A DNA stretch of 64,000 nt from a virus. Lineage: Duplodnaviria; Caudoviricetes. The stretch spans positions 53,791-117,790 of the IMG/VR virus record IMGVR_UViG_3300028797_000124. One strand, given 5' to 3'. The notes below the pieces were generated by a model. It was not told where the DNA came from. It ran no database searches and saw only the letters and a program-made list of their open reading frames with translations. This document shows, piece by piece, positions 31,066-41,693 of the stretch; position 1 is the stretch's first letter; each line of letters starts with the position of its first letter. The translations under genes were made by a program, and so were the position numbers.

Positions 31066-33714
31066 TTACGAAACACTTCTCGCATGTTTAACGTTTGAAC
31101 GTGGTATGTCAGATGTGATACGTGTCATCTTAGCACGAAGTCTCATCATCTCATATTTGGCTTTAAGATCTCCAGCTTCATCAGCCTTCTGAATCTTATC
31201 GTCTAAGATTTTGATCTCCGCAGCCATCTCACCTTCTACCTCTCTCTTCAGACGTTCTTTATCGATTGCCTGAGAGGTCTTGAGTGCCGCATAAGCTGCA
31301 CCCAGGTAGGGGTTGATGGTGAACGCGATACCGAACATACCAAGCTTGAGTGCCAAACGTGTCGCTTTGAAAAGTGTTGAGCGATAGCCGGGACTCTCGA
31401 TGATTTCGGTTTTAACGGTATCTTCATTCCGCTTGATAAGCGAGTCGACTATTCCAGCCAACCACTGCTTTGTTCTCATAGCGGGTTTCAGAAGTGTTTT
31501 GGTTGCACCAATTCCCTTCTGAACAGAACGCTTTGACTTCTGTTGAACCTTGCGGGATTCTTTGTCCAGATCCATCATAGCATTTGTAAGTGAACCCTTA
31601 GGGGCTGTAGCTTCAGTAATTCTTGACAGGGGCTCTTCAGATTCCAAGAAAGCGAACACATTGTCCACTGAATATCCAGAAGCGAACTCCTGAACCTTAG
31701 AATCCTTAGTATCATTCTTACTGTTACTATTATTATTATTGTTAGACCCCTTATCAATATCTGCGGATACAGATACGGATAATTTGTCAGGTTTGTCAGA
31801 GGTTGTGGTGTTGTGACTGTTGGTATGTGTTGTAGTCACATTATTGGATTTGTTTATATTCTTTCCAGTAGATAAATCATTGTGAGTTGAATGATCACTG
31901 TGATCGTCTCTATTGAAAGAATTGTTGTAGTTGTTGGTGACGTTGATTACGATGTTCTTACCATCCTTAGTCGCGTTAGCTCCCAACATCTCATCGAGCT
32001 TGTCAGTATTTGCATCCATCTTAGCATCGATAGAATCAGTAAGTTCATCAACCGAATTCGTCGGAGTATCCGGAGGAACCTGAACTTCAGTCTGAGTAAC
32101 CTTGGGTGATGTACCCATCTCATCAGACAGACGAACACGAGTCTTCATATACTCAGGAATATCACCCTTGTCAGTTTCCTGAATTACAGTATCCTTATAA
32201 TCCTTCAGCATCCAATCAATTCTGATCGGTGAAAGACCTTCATTGTAGATACGAGTATCAAGAGTATTGATCTCATCACGAAGGATCTGATGATACTGTT
32301 CACAAAGCATGATATCAGAAATGCTCATATCACCAAATTCCTTGACGGAAGCTGTGGTGTATTCAACAACTTCTTCAGCTGTCGGAAGTTCATTCTCAAC
32401 AGCAGCCTTTACTTCAGGCTTGTAAACGTTTGTGCTCTTAGAGTTCTTATTGACACGAGCACGAATGCGTTTAACGAAATCATCCTCAGATGGGAACTTT
32501 GCCTTCTTTACCTTATCTGGGATAAGATTATAAAGAATATCAAAGTAGATTCTTGAGTCGAAGATATTGAAGATCGTGAGCAGATTGTTGTTTGTGATTG
32601 CAGCGGATGCATCATTGTAGAAGTTAATCTCACAGAAGTCGATAATGAACTGAATTGTTCCCTTCTTATCAGTCTTGAAAGTAGAGAACAGATCGTAGTT
32701 AGAGAATCTCTTTGCACCAGGATTGTTATCAATAATCGATTTGTACGAATTGATGTATGGTCTGAACAGAGTCATGTCCATGTCCTGGTTAGGATACTTC
32801 TTCGTATTGTTGAATACCTTAGCAAGTATAAAAGGTATAACGTTGGATGAGAAGTCATCTGCCTGTGGGTAACGACCCTTGGGATCATCAAAGAAATCAA
32901 GAAGATCCTCAGAGCTCTTACATTTCTCAAGACCATCTTTCAATTGATCGATAGCCTTTCTGAACTGAGCAGAGATATGGAACTTATCCTTCTTCTCATC
33001 ATACTTAATATGAATGGGCTTACGCTTCGTGAAGTAATTTACCTCAGCAGCTTCCTGAACAGGTGTGATTTCCTTATCGGTATCATCAACCTGAATTTCC
33101 ATAGGAGAATCCTGGAAGTTGTAGAAACGCTTAACTTCTTCCTGTTCATCCAATCCCTTCGGCATAGTAATCTGCTTGGAATCAAACAAGCTTTTTATGT
33201 ATGCTGCTCCGTCGAAGATTGGGGTATGGAGATCGTCCTGAACCTTCTCGATCTCAGAGATATTGATATCCTGAGAGAAGAGTTCGATGACACTCTTGTA
33301 TTTTGAAGGCTTAGTGAACAGCTCCATTGAATAGATACCGTTCATAAGCTTGGAGAATTCATCAAAGTGATCTGCAATAAACTGCAAAGCTTTGAATGAA
33401 ACGAATGCATCAATGTGATCAATAGTAACGGAATCGTTATTGTCACATATCTGCTCATACGGATGATCATCGTACTTATTTGATACGGTGTTGATTGCAT
33501 TTACGATGCGTTCAACTTCCTCGGGATTATCAACCCAAGAGGATTCAACACCATTCATCAAGCCGACTATTTTCATTACTGAGTCATCAACCTCGTAGTC
33601 TCCGTCAACAACGGGGAAGTTTTTCTGCTTAAAATTAGAAGAAAAAAATTGATTCAGTGAATCGATTGTTTTTTCGATATTGTCAAAGTATGACTTCTTA
33701 ACTACAATTCCCAT
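31066..33714 (-). CDS. Large internal head protein
   Basis: 882 aa; VQE-A, IQE-T, VQE-F, FLE-S and ITE-A sites; C-terminal hydrophobic hairpin. Confidence 0.5.
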   Translation of the reverse strand: MGIVVKKSYFDNIEKTIDSLNQFFSSNFKQKNFPVVDGDYEVDDSVMKIVGLMNGVESSWVDNPEEVERIVNAINTVSNKYDDHPYEQICDNNDSVTIDHIDAFVSFKALQFIADHFDEFSKLMNGIYSMELFTKPSKYKSVIELFSQDINISEIEKVQDDLHTPIFDGAAYIKSLFDSKQITMPKGLDEQEEVKRFYNFQDSPMEIQVDDTDKEITPVQEAAEVNYFTKRKPIHIKYDEKKDKFHISAQFRKAIDQLKDGLEKCKSSEDLLDFFDDPKGRYPQADDFSSNVIPFILAKVFNNTKKYPNQDMDMTLFRPYINSYKSIIDNNPGAKRFSNYDLFSTFKTDKKGTIQFIIDFCEINFYNDASAAITNNNLLTIFNIFDSRIYFDILYNLIPDKVKKAKFPSEDDFVKRIRARVNKNSKSTNVYKPEVKAAVENELPTAEEVVEYTTASVKEFGDMSISDIMLCEQYHQILRDEINTLDTRIYNEGLSPIRIDWMLKDYKDTVIQETDKGDIPEYMKTRVRLSDEMGTSPKVTQTEVQVPPDTPTNSVDELTDSIDAKMDANTDKLDEMLGANATKDGKNIVINVTNNYNNSFNRDDHSDHSTHNDLSTGKNINKSNNVTTTHTNSHNTTTSDKPDKLSVSVSADIDKGSNNNNNSNSKNDTKDSKVQEFASGYSVDNVFAFLESEEPLSRITEATAPKGSLTNAMMDLDKESRKVQQKSKRSVQKGIGATKTLLKPAMRTKQWLAGIVDSLIKRNEDTVKTEIIESPGYRSTLFKATRLALKLGMFGIAFTINPYLGAAYAALKTSQAIDKERLKREVEGEMAAEIKILDDKIQKADEAGDLKAKYEMMRLRAKMTRITSDIPRSNVKHARSVS

Positions 33715-33715
33715 A

Positions 33716-34591
33716 TTACAGACCCCTCTCCATTATGAACGAGAGAGCCTCTCTCCTTACATCACCTGCAAGCGGAATAGCAATCTTAGTAGCATCCTGT
33801 TCAACAATGATATTACCATTGTGAATACCCATGATCTCATCAGTTGAAATCTGGAAAGATTCACAAACAACCTGCATTGTCTCGCTCTTCTCGGTACAGT
33901 ATTTTGCCAGTTCCTTTAAGAAGATAATCTGACCAACTGCTTCGGGAGTAATGATTGCAGATTCTGTAACAACGCCGGGAGCGATATCACCATCAGCATT
34001 AGGATGCGACGGGAAGTCAACAAGGTCAAATGTGATAACCTTAGATACTCTGATATTCGGCATACTTCTCGGAGCGTTCGGAATCATATTACCCAGCAAA
34101 CGTACTGAGAATGAGGGAACAGCACCAAGGTCAACTACCTCTGATACAACTGAAAGGCCAGCATCTGTTCTGGGGTGTGTTGTGATTGTAGCCTTCAAGC
34201 GGTCGCCCTCAAGACGATCGTTGTTGATGAAGTGAGAAGTATTCAGAGGATCCGGAATTGTCATTCTGATATCTGTGAGCTGAGTACCCTTGATGTCAGG
34301 ATTTGGATGGTTTAATTCACCACGCCATTTGTTCTGACGCTTCAGTGTCTGAATTCTCTCATCGTTATTTATAACCGAAACAACATTCTGTGCATCGTAT
34401 CTACGCTGCATTCTGTTGTAACAGCCGTATGTCTGAAGTGTTGCCTCGAAGATAATGAAAGGCTTGCCTTCGATAGACTTCTTAAGCTTATATCCACGAG
34501 GGGATATTTCAGACGAAGTAGGAGCTTCCTGAATAAAACAAGCAGTCTCATACTTGTTTGTCTGAGTAGACTTCATCGGCATATATCTCAT
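33716..34591 (-). CDS. Prohead (head maturation) protease, T4 gp21-like
   Basis: NRMQRRY, WRGELNHP, PSFSVR and ITFDLVDFPSH match the His/Ser/Asp motifs of prohead core proteases. Confidence 0.85.
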   Translation of the reverse strand: MRYMPMKSTQTNKYETACFIQEAPTSSEISPRGYKLKKSIEGKPFIIFEATLQTYGCYNRMQRRYDAQNVVSVINNDERIQTLKRQNKWRGELNHPNPDIKGTQLTDIRMTIPDPLNTSHFINNDRLEGDRLKATITTHPRTDAGLSVVSEVVDLGAVPSFSVRLLGNMIPNAPRSMPNIRVSKVITFDLVDFPSHPNADGDIAPGVVTESAIITPEAVGQIIFLKELAKYCTEKSETMQVVCESFQISTDEIMGIHNGNIIVEQDATKIAIPLAGDVRREALSFIMERGL

Positions 34592-34604
34592 TCCTTTCTA
34601 TAGA

Positions 34605-35801
34605 TTATTTTACATCATTTATGCGGTTCAGTATATATGTAGCCACCAGGCAGATGTGAGCCTTTACGATAGAAGCATCTACTTTATACTTCTTAGAGAA
34701 AGGAACTATTATCGGTTTACCCGCGATAGCCCTGTCGATTGCGGTAGGAAGGTTTGTGATTCTGCCGATATATGCAGCAGTGTTTATATCTTCCACAGAG
34801 TGTCCCTCTTTTATCAGGAACACGTAAAAGATGTTATCGATGATTGTACCGATATCCTCATGCTTGATCTTCTTGGTAGAATAATCATACAGAGTTTCCA
34901 TCTTTACATTTTTGAGCTTTGCGATTGGAGGATAAAGTTTACCTTGAGAATAGTACAACTCATCCTTATTCTTGATAAGTCTGAGAAGATTGTTTCTCAA
35001 CGTTGTGTAGTTGTTTGTAACAACATAATCCTCATCACCTGTCAAGTCAGCACCAATGAGATTACCGTTTTCCAGGTTCTCATAGTATCTGTTTGACAAT
35101 CCCTTCATATTCTGATTCATACTGTTTCTGAGACGGTTCAAGAATGCAACCATTACCTCAGCAGACATATTCACAGACATCTTGGTTCTGTAGAATCCAT
35201 ATGATGTTTCAACAGTAGTTGATATCCAGTTGATGATATTCTCGGTCTTAACAATCTGCCATGAGTTATCAAGCTGCATGAAAGTATATGTCATTACCGA
35301 CTCATTCAAACCGGATGGAAAATACTTATTGAAAATGACGGCATAAACCGAGAGACCCAGCTGCTGTCTGGCTGAGTCCCTCAACAGTCTATTGCCGATC
35401 ATATCAGAATAAAAAAGAGCAATCGCGTGAATAACGTTAGTTGGAGACGATGTTATCGTTGCGAATTCCGATGACGATGATACCGATTTAAGAACATCCT
35501 TGAGAACGACCTTAAATGATTTCACCGTGAAGTTGAACATTGCGAACAAGCCGTCAACATACTTTCGTGGGAAAGTAACTGCTTTAGTCGGATATTCACG
35601 AGACAACATCGTCGCGTTTTCCCCAAGAAAAGAAGAACCATAATCGATGTATTGTTTTCTACCAGCCGGTTTCTCCAATACAGAGATGACGGGATCTATC
35701 AGCTCTTCACGGAGCTTCTGATTCTTGGGATCATGCACAGCTTCCTGAAGAAAAAGTAACGTGGCTTCAGCTTCAGTCAACTCTTGTTCCATGATGAGCA
35801 T
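34605..35801 (-). CDS. Virion protein
   Basis: 398 aa; N-terminal FLQE-A site; head operon. Confidence 0.5.
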   Translation of the reverse strand: MLIMEQELTEAEATLLFLQEAVHDPKNQKLREELIDPVISVLEKPAGRKQYIDYGSSFLGENATMLSREYPTKAVTFPRKYVDGLFAMFNFTVKSFKVVLKDVLKSVSSSSEFATITSSPTNVIHAIALFYSDMIGNRLLRDSARQQLGLSVYAVIFNKYFPSGLNESVMTYTFMQLDNSWQIVKTENIINWISTTVETSYGFYRTKMSVNMSAEVMVAFLNRLRNSMNQNMKGLSNRYYENLENGNLIGADLTGDEDYVVTNNYTTLRNNLLRLIKNKDELYYSQGKLYPPIAKLKNVKMETLYDYSTKKIKHEDIGTIIDNIFYVFLIKEGHSVEDINTAAYIGRITNLPTAIDRAIAGKPIIVPFSKKYKVDASIVKAHICLVATYILNRINDVK

Positions 35802-35811
35802 TTATATCACC

Positions 35812-36312
35812 TCAGCGTCTCTTCTTCTTTTTGCTTGTATAAACGGGCTTATCAGTCTCTTCTTCAGCAGGAGTATCTTCGTCAACGATATCGTCAACGG
35901 GGAATCCTTCATCTGCAGGAACTTCCTCAACGGGCTCTTCTACAGCGGGAGCTTCAACTACTGCATCGAGAACAACAGGCTCTTCAACCTGCTCGATCTC
36001 TACAGGCTTTTCTTCAACCACAGGCTCTTCTACCTTTGGTGCTTCTACTTTAGGAGCCTTCTTTGCAGCCTTCTTCTTTGGAGCCGGTGTAGGTGCAGGA
36101 GCCGGAGTAGCCACAGCCTGTCTTACAACTTCGCCGAATATTTCATTTATATTCTTCTTGGTAATGCGCACGCCTGTTGCAGCAACATATACCTTGAAAG
36201 AAGCATAGTTAAGGATTACAGCAACGGTATCCTTAGAAAGGTCCTTGCCATAGACAGGAGCAAGCAGTCCTACCTTAGGAATGAGACCAACACCTGAAAT
36301 GTTTACCTTCAT
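35812..36312 (-). CDS. Hypothetical protein with P/E/V/A-rich tail
   Basis: GAGG RBS; biased codons; globular N-terminus then low-complexity region. Confidence 0.6.
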   Translation of the reverse strand: MKVNISGVGLIPKVGLLAPVYGKDLSKDTVAVILNYASFKVYVAATGVRITKKNINEIFGEVVRQAVATPAPAPTPAPKKKAAKKAPKVEAPKVEEPVVEEKPVEIEQVEEPVVLDAVVEAPAVEEPVEEVPADEGFPVDDIVDEDTPAEEETDKPVYTSKKKKRR

Positions 36313-36331
36313 TTTATATGACCTCTTTTCA

Positions 36332-37072
36332 TCATGTTTTTTGTTTCATAGCCGTACGAACAGCTTCGGTCGAATAGTATGATTCTGAAATCAAATCGGT
36401 TTTTAAACCCATAGCTTTGAAATACAGATCAGCCTGCATGAGTGTAGGCTTATCATATGCATTTGTTTTGATATCCGCTAATTTAACGGAACCATGTTCG
36501 GCAATCGACTGAATCATGTTGTCGTATTCGGTTACGTTATCACCACGGGCACCACAGAATTCAGAAAGAATAACATCTCCACCGACACCGGCAAGAAGTT
36601 CATTCTCAATACCTGTAGTAGTACCACCCTTGGAATCACCCTTAGCTGCACCTGTTTGCTCATCACGGTTTGTATCTGTAATAGCAAGACCAGTTTTCTT
36701 TGTTACCAACTGCTGGGGGCGCTTGATATTCAGATATCCGACGAGCACGGGCTGCTTGGTTCTTACAGGTCGGTTGGGATTTGACGATACGTGTGGTATA
36801 TAAACGTTTTCGAAAAGTTTGATATTGAGAAACTTTGCAGCCTTTTCAATGTTCTCATACTTCAACGTACGAGAGCCATCACCAAACTCTTCGATGTCAA
36901 GACGAAGATTTGATTTGTCATCCGCAAGGAATCTGGTTACCCAATCCGAAAACTGTTTATCATTCATTGTCTGAAACATGTTGCGATATTTCTTTGCGTT
37001 GATGCCTGTTGGATCCATACGCATTAAAACACCATCAATCAGTGTTTCGATCTTCTTACGTTTATCTGTCAT
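36332..37072 (-). CDS. Phage multisubunit RNA polymerase beta-subunit C-terminal fragment (virion RNAP type)
   Basis: PVLVGYLNIKRPQQLVTKK...RDEQTGAAKGDSKGG...GIENELL...LSEFCGARGD parallels the RpoB C-terminal VGYxY..KL.H...R...T.QP..G...GG...GEME...L.E...D; size and N-terminus resemble the small phiKZ-type vRNAP subunit. Confidence 0.7.
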   Translation of the reverse strand: MTDKRKKIETLIDGVLMRMDPTGINAKKYRNMFQTMNDKQFSDWVTRFLADDKSNLRLDIEEFGDGSRTLKYENIEKAAKFLNIKLFENVYIPHVSSNPNRPVRTKQPVLVGYLNIKRPQQLVTKKTGLAITDTNRDEQTGAAKGDSKGGTTTGIENELLAGVGGDVILSEFCGARGDNVTEYDNMIQSIAEHGSVKLADIKTNAYDKPTLMQADLYFKAMGLKTDLISESYYSTEAVRTAMKQKT

Positions 37073-37102
37073 GGATTATCACATCCTTTCATATAGAATA
37101 TT

Positions 37103-37129
37103 TATAGCGGGGGTAGATCCCCCGCTATA
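37103..37129 (-). terminator. Terminator/attenuator hairpin
   Basis: TATAGCGGGGG-tagat-CCCCCGCTATA perfect 11-bp stem. Confidence 0.65.
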
Positions 37130-37131
37130 CT

Positions 37132-37620
37132 TTAGATGTACACTTTACGGGAATAGAGCTGATTAAGTTTGTCGTATGTGATACCGATTATGACACCTTG
37201 GGTTTTCTCGCCATATGTCAGAGTATCACTACCGCTTATTTTTACTATCAATGCATTAGTACCATCCTGAGATCTGTCAATGTAAACATCTATGTCTATA
37301 TCGACAGTCTGAAGACGGTTACACTGATCCATGAGTTTGGATTTAATTTCACCTGGGATATTGGGATCATCCGCATATTCATGAAGATACTTCTCAACAT
37401 CTATTCCGAGCTCTGGTATTGATGGATACTGACCCGGCTTCATTTTCAGCAGGGTCAGTATAGCATTAACACACATGTCGAAAGTTGATATGACTTTCGG
37501 TTTATTATATGCATCGACATCCATCAATACATCATATCCCAACTTCTGGAAAGTTCGGGGATATCTGTTTGTGACCTCTGCGAGGGTGATACCCTTTTCA
37601 TCGAGAGCCATATCAACCAT
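37132..37620 (-). CDS. Baseplate wedge gp25-like protein
   Basis: ILTLLKMKPGQYPSIPELGIDVEKYLHE matches the gp25 L.T..GE.P..P..G..L..YLFE motif. Confidence 0.65.
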   Translation of the reverse strand: MVDMALDEKGITLAEVTNRYPRTFQKLGYDVLMDVDAYNKPKVISTFDMCVNAILTLLKMKPGQYPSIPELGIDVEKYLHEYADDPNIPGEIKSKLMDQCNRLQTVDIDIDVYIDRSQDGTNALIVKISGSDTLTYGEKTQGVIIGITYDKLNQLYSRKVYI

Positions 37621-37648
37621 TCACCTCTGTATTGTAAGATAACATGAT

Positions 37649-38392
37649 TTATTCAGGTTTATTGAAATCCGATTTGACATAGTCTTTGTCGAATTCATCA
37701 TACTTTTTATCCACAATCTTGATATAGTGGATTCCACTTTTACCAGCTTCTGCAATCATTCTCTTATCCTTCAGATGTTCGATCTCTCGAGAATGTTCCA
37801 TCCTTGGATGTGTGTTATCACTCTCCTTGATTTCTACCTCTAAGGATAATGAAGGGATGTAGAAGTCCGGAATGTAGATGTGCTCTGTTCCATCTGCCCA
37901 TTTATACGAATACGTATTTGGTGATGGAGCAATGACATCATTGGGACTCCAATCCAGATCCTGGAGATGTTTGAGGAAGTCCTCTTCATATGTACCGATG
38001 ATACGGAACTTATGATTTTCATCCCACACATAATCCTTTGCATTCGCATGGTTTGCAAGCATCTTGCGTTGCATATCACCCTCATTCAGAAGATGCTCTT
38101 TACCGTAGACATTCTTCATACGACTCTTCATCAACTGAACATAAGCGTCTTTGCACTTTGGATCAGAGCAGATGCGTTCATATTTGAGCGTGTCTTCGTT
38201 GAAATGGACGGGATTTCTATTACACATTACACAGAGGCGGCCTGGTTCCTTGTGAACGAGTAAAGAATATGCCCACTCCAGTGGTTCATAATCTTCAGGT
38301 ACTTGGTCATTATGTTTAATGGCGATATGCTTGCAAAACTTTTGTTTGTCATTGGTGACAAACTGGCAGAATGGACATTTAGTATTTCTCAT
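37649..38392 (-). CDS. Zn-finger + TnsA/T4 gp4-like PD-(D/E)XK endonuclease (head completion nuclease-like)
   Basis: CPFC..H...H and CxxC motifs; HIYIPDFYIPSLSLEVEIK. Confidence 0.65.
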   Translation of the reverse strand: MRNTKCPFCQFVTNDKQKFCKHIAIKHNDQVPEDYEPLEWAYSLLVHKEPGRLCVMCNRNPVHFNEDTLKYERICSDPKCKDAYVQLMKSRMKNVYGKEHLLNEGDMQRKMLANHANAKDYVWDENHKFRIIGTYEEDFLKHLQDLDWSPNDVIAPSPNTYSYKWADGTEHIYIPDFYIPSLSLEVEIKESDNTHPRMEHSREIEHLKDKRMIAEAGKSGIHYIKIVDKKYDEFDKDYVKSDFNKPE

Positions 38393-38536
38393 AAATAACC
38401 ATTCCTTTCATCATATATAATGATTTAGTTGATTGTTCCAAATGATAAACCTGAAATAATACTGTACCGGGAAAACTCAAGAATAACTTCCTTTATAGGA
38501 ATTTTACAAATCAAAAAGAAAGCGAGGAACCAGCTT

Positions 38537-41500
38537 ATGAATCCACGTGTGGAAGGGGATTCAAGGACTGTAAAGCCGTTCAAGTTTAGCGATTCATTCT
38601 TGGCCGGATTCAATTCCTTGATCACCACTTACGACAAGAAAATCGAAGACCTTAACAAAGTAAAGTCTTTAATCGATAAGGATGCCCATCATGGCGTCTG
38701 CAACTGCTCCTACAAAATGAGATATATCACACCATCCGATATTTCTACATTTATATCTAATCTCGAGCGGGCGATGGAGAATCATCTCTTCAAGCCTCAT
38801 ACCTCCGACTGTGACCTTTTTGCAGTAGAATCTGTAAAGCGTTTCCTGAAGGATAACGGATGCGTTCCATTTGATGCTCCAAGTATCATGGGTAATCCAG
38901 GAGCTGATGTTCCTAAGGGAGCTACACTTACTGATCTTACATTCGCTGCCGAGAGTGAATGTTTCAATCTTCTCGTATATTCAAAGTATGAACTCGACAA
39001 GAGAGTTGACTGTATGAGAGAAGATGTCGGCAAAATTCAGAATATGCATTTCTCAGCTGCAGTGAAAGCTTTCGTTCAGAAGATCCCAGGCATCATGGAT
39101 AAGAAGGCATCATTCGTTATGTCAGATTCTCTTCTGGCTAAAGCATGTGAAGTATATATCGAAGACTTCATCATGTTCGCTCTTCGTCTGAATCTCTGTA
39201 CAGTTCTTCAGATGTTAGCTTATGCCGTCCCCAGGGTAGCATACAAAAATGAACCCGCTTCAGATCAGAGCAATGAGTCTGCAAACAATGCTGACAACTG
39301 GGATGAGAACAATGATTTCTTCCAACAGGAAGCTGTTGATTCAACTCAGGTATCTCCTGTATTCTTTGTATTCACTCAGGGCAAGTCTCCTGTAATCAGT
39401 AAAGCAATTAAGAAGGCTACTGATTCTGATTACTCACATATCTCAATCTCATTCGATGCTTCATTGGATAACATGTATTCTTTTGGAGGAACATCCTTCA
39501 GAAAAGAATCTATCCATGACAATAAGAGAAAGGATCTCGACATCCAGGTATTCGGCACATTCATTACCAAGGATGCTGTTGAAAAGATGAAGGATCTTTG
39601 CGGCGATTTCATTACCAATGTGAAGAAAACATCTTTTGATTATCCCGCACTTGTTAAGAAACTCTTTGGTTCTGATAAGAAGGATAATTCAGGTTATAAG
39701 CAGATATGTACAACATTCGTCAACAGACTTCTGGCTCTTGCTGGTACAAATCTCAGTGAGAAGAATATTCCTTCTCCCGAAGAAATGCGTGAAACGGCTC
39801 AGAGTAAACCTGATCAGATATTCGAACTCTTCTCAGGTAACAGCACAGAATACAAGCGTCAGGATGCTACAAAGAAACTTAAGGCAATGGGTAAAGACCC
39901 CAATGCTAAACGCTTCGATGAAGTTGTTACAGAATGCTGTACCGGATTCCTGAAGACCAATGACTATGTGATCACAAACAAGATTCCTTTCAACTGCAAC
40001 ATGAGAGACGTAGTTCTCCAGGATATGCATCCTCAGTTCAAGGATACTGTTTCTGCTCTTAAGTTTATAATGAACGACGAGAGATCTCCTGTACATCAGC
40101 TCGTTATTCAGTATTATACTGAGCCGATTGATGAGTATGATCCTGAGCAGATAATCAAGATGTTCTTTGGTTGTCCTCGTCATAATCATTGGGAGTGTGA
40201 ACCTAACTCGCGTGATGCGCTGGCTAATAACGCGGCTAACATGAATACTGATGTAAACTGGCTTGACAAGATCACATATGGCAACATGTTCTATGATGGT
40301 AATTATCGTAGAGATGGTCTCGGTAATCAGCATACACATCCAATCATGAACTCTTTCGATGCAATCTACAAGATGTTCGGTGGTTGTGATAATGTATGCG
40401 ACAACCAGGGCTTGGCTAATAGCTTGATCAGAATATCACGCGTTATGAAGGCTATCGTTGAAAGATACTGCGACGGAAGCATTCCTAACTGGGAGATGTG
40501 TCGTGATATACTTTCCGTATTCGGTGAGATCTTTACACGTCACATGCTTCGTCTCTACTATAACAACAACCGTCATATCATCGCAAAGGATCAGATTAAT
40601 GATACCATCGTTCCCGGATATATGTTCGCTGAAGGATATGTTCTTGAGGCTAATGGTTTCACTTCTCAAAATGATCAAAATAAAGTCAAACAGGCTACAA
40701 AAACAACGGGAAACTTTGCTAAGAGAATGATCGAATGGTTCCGTGATAAGCTCGCAACATTCCTCCCAAATTATTTCCAGAACTCTCTCCAGAAGCAGTG
40801 TGAATGGTTCAATAAGAATGGTGAAGCTAAATACAATGAGATCTTGAAAGCGAACACGGATGGTCAATACAAATTCCCAAAGAAAGATAAATATTATCAT
40901 TACAACATCACATTTGATCCAAGTAATATCGATGTTCCAACCATTCTCAAAAAGTATGTTGATGATGAAAACAAAGACTTAGTTGAAATGAAGAAGGAAC
41001 TCATGAATGCGTTCCCGAATGCTCAGGACAAGGAGATTGCGAGTAAGCTTGCAAGTGCCGATCCCAAGCAGCTTCCCGACCAAATAAAGAATGCGATTCT
41101 TTTCAGCAATACCGAAGGTGGTCAGATTGATACTGATTATGAGATCAAGGCAAAACCTGACTGGGAAGAAATATATGAAACCATGAAATTCATGTGTGAA
41201 GCGGGACAGGATGGAAAATGTCGCGGTGGCAAATGGTCTGAGGATATGGTGAAACTTTCTAATTCACTTCAGAAAGCTGTTAAGGATCTCCAGAGTGAAG
41301 TGGACGCAGAAAACAAAGCATCTGAGAACAAGACAGAGGTTCAACAAAATAGCTACACAATTAAACTCGATGGTTCAGTATTCCAAGAAGGCGATCCAGT
41401 CACACCAGAGCCTCAGAACAATGCTCAACAGACTAAATCAACTGGAAGAAAAGAAGCAGTCCTCAAAGAACTCCAGAATGTTGCATCTTCATTCTATGTA

Positions 41501-41674
41501 ACATCGTTGAATACTATTGTAAAAGATCTCTTTACAGATGTCTATAATAACTTTAAAGGAGTCATCGATGATTACGAAACAATGAAGAATGGCGGTACTG
41601 ATGCGAATGCGCAGCAGGGTGCAAATAACACCAACAATGTCGGAACACCCACTGGTCAGCCCGAATCAAAATAA
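38537..41674 (+). CDS. Large internal head protein with a permuted papain-like (YiiX/NlpC-P60) domain
   Basis: ISKAIKKATDSDYSHISISFD...YSFG...QICTTFVNRLL (His before Cys), bounded by FFQQE-A and VVTE-C sites; start moved to ATG 38537 behind GAGG. Confidence 0.6.
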   Translation: MNPRVEGDSRTVKPFKFSDSFLAGFNSLITTYDKKIEDLNKVKSLIDKDAHHGVCNCSYKMRYITPSDISTFISNLERAMENHLFKPHTSDCDLFAVESVKRFLKDNGCVPFDAPSIMGNPGADVPKGATLTDLTFAAESECFNLLVYSKYELDKRVDCMREDVGKIQNMHFSAAVKAFVQKIPGIMDKKASFVMSDSLLAKACEVYIEDFIMFALRLNLCTVLQMLAYAVPRVAYKNEPASDQSNESANNADNWDENNDFFQQEAVDSTQVSPVFFVFTQGKSPVISKAIKKATDSDYSHISISFDASLDNMYSFGGTSFRKESIHDNKRKDLDIQVFGTFITKDAVEKMKDLCGDFITNVKKTSFDYPALVKKLFGSDKKDNSGYKQICTTFVNRLLALAGTNLSEKNIPSPEEMRETAQSKPDQIFELFSGNSTEYKRQDATKKLKAMGKDPNAKRFDEVVTECCTGFLKTNDYVITNKIPFNCNMRDVVLQDMHPQFKDTVSALKFIMNDERSPVHQLVIQYYTEPIDEYDPEQIIKMFFGCPRHNHWECEPNSRDALANNAANMNTDVNWLDKITYGNMFYDGNYRRDGLGNQHTHPIMNSFDAIYKMFGGCDNVCDNQGLANSLIRISRVMKAIVERYCDGSIPNWEMCRDILSVFGEIFTRHMLRLYYNNNRHIIAKDQINDTIVPGYMFAEGYVLEANGFTSQNDQNKVKQATKTTGNFAKRMIEWFRDKLATFLPNYFQNSLQKQCEWFNKNGEAKYNEILKANTDGQYKFPKKDKYYHYNITFDPSNIDVPTILKKYVDDENKDLVEMKKELMNAFPNAQDKEIASKLASADPKQLPDQIKNAILFSNTEGGQIDTDYEIKAKPDWEEIYETMKFMCEAGQDGKCRGGKWSEDMVKLSNSLQKAVKDLQSEVDAENKASENKTEVQQNSYTIKLDGSVFQEGDPVTPEPQNNAQQTKSTGRKEAVLKELQNVASSFYVTSLNTIVKDLFTDVYNNFKGVIDDYETMKNGGTDANAQQGANNTNNVGTPTGQPESK

Positions 41675-41693
41675 TGAAAGGAGATAGTAAGCA

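Noticed and set aside
37649-38392. Tn7-like transposon suggested by the TnsA-like nuclease (with the Cas7-like gene as a CAST)
   Set aside because: No TnsB/C/D or transposon ends; the gene sits in the structural operon as T4 gp4-like nucleases do, 10 kb from the Cas7-like gene
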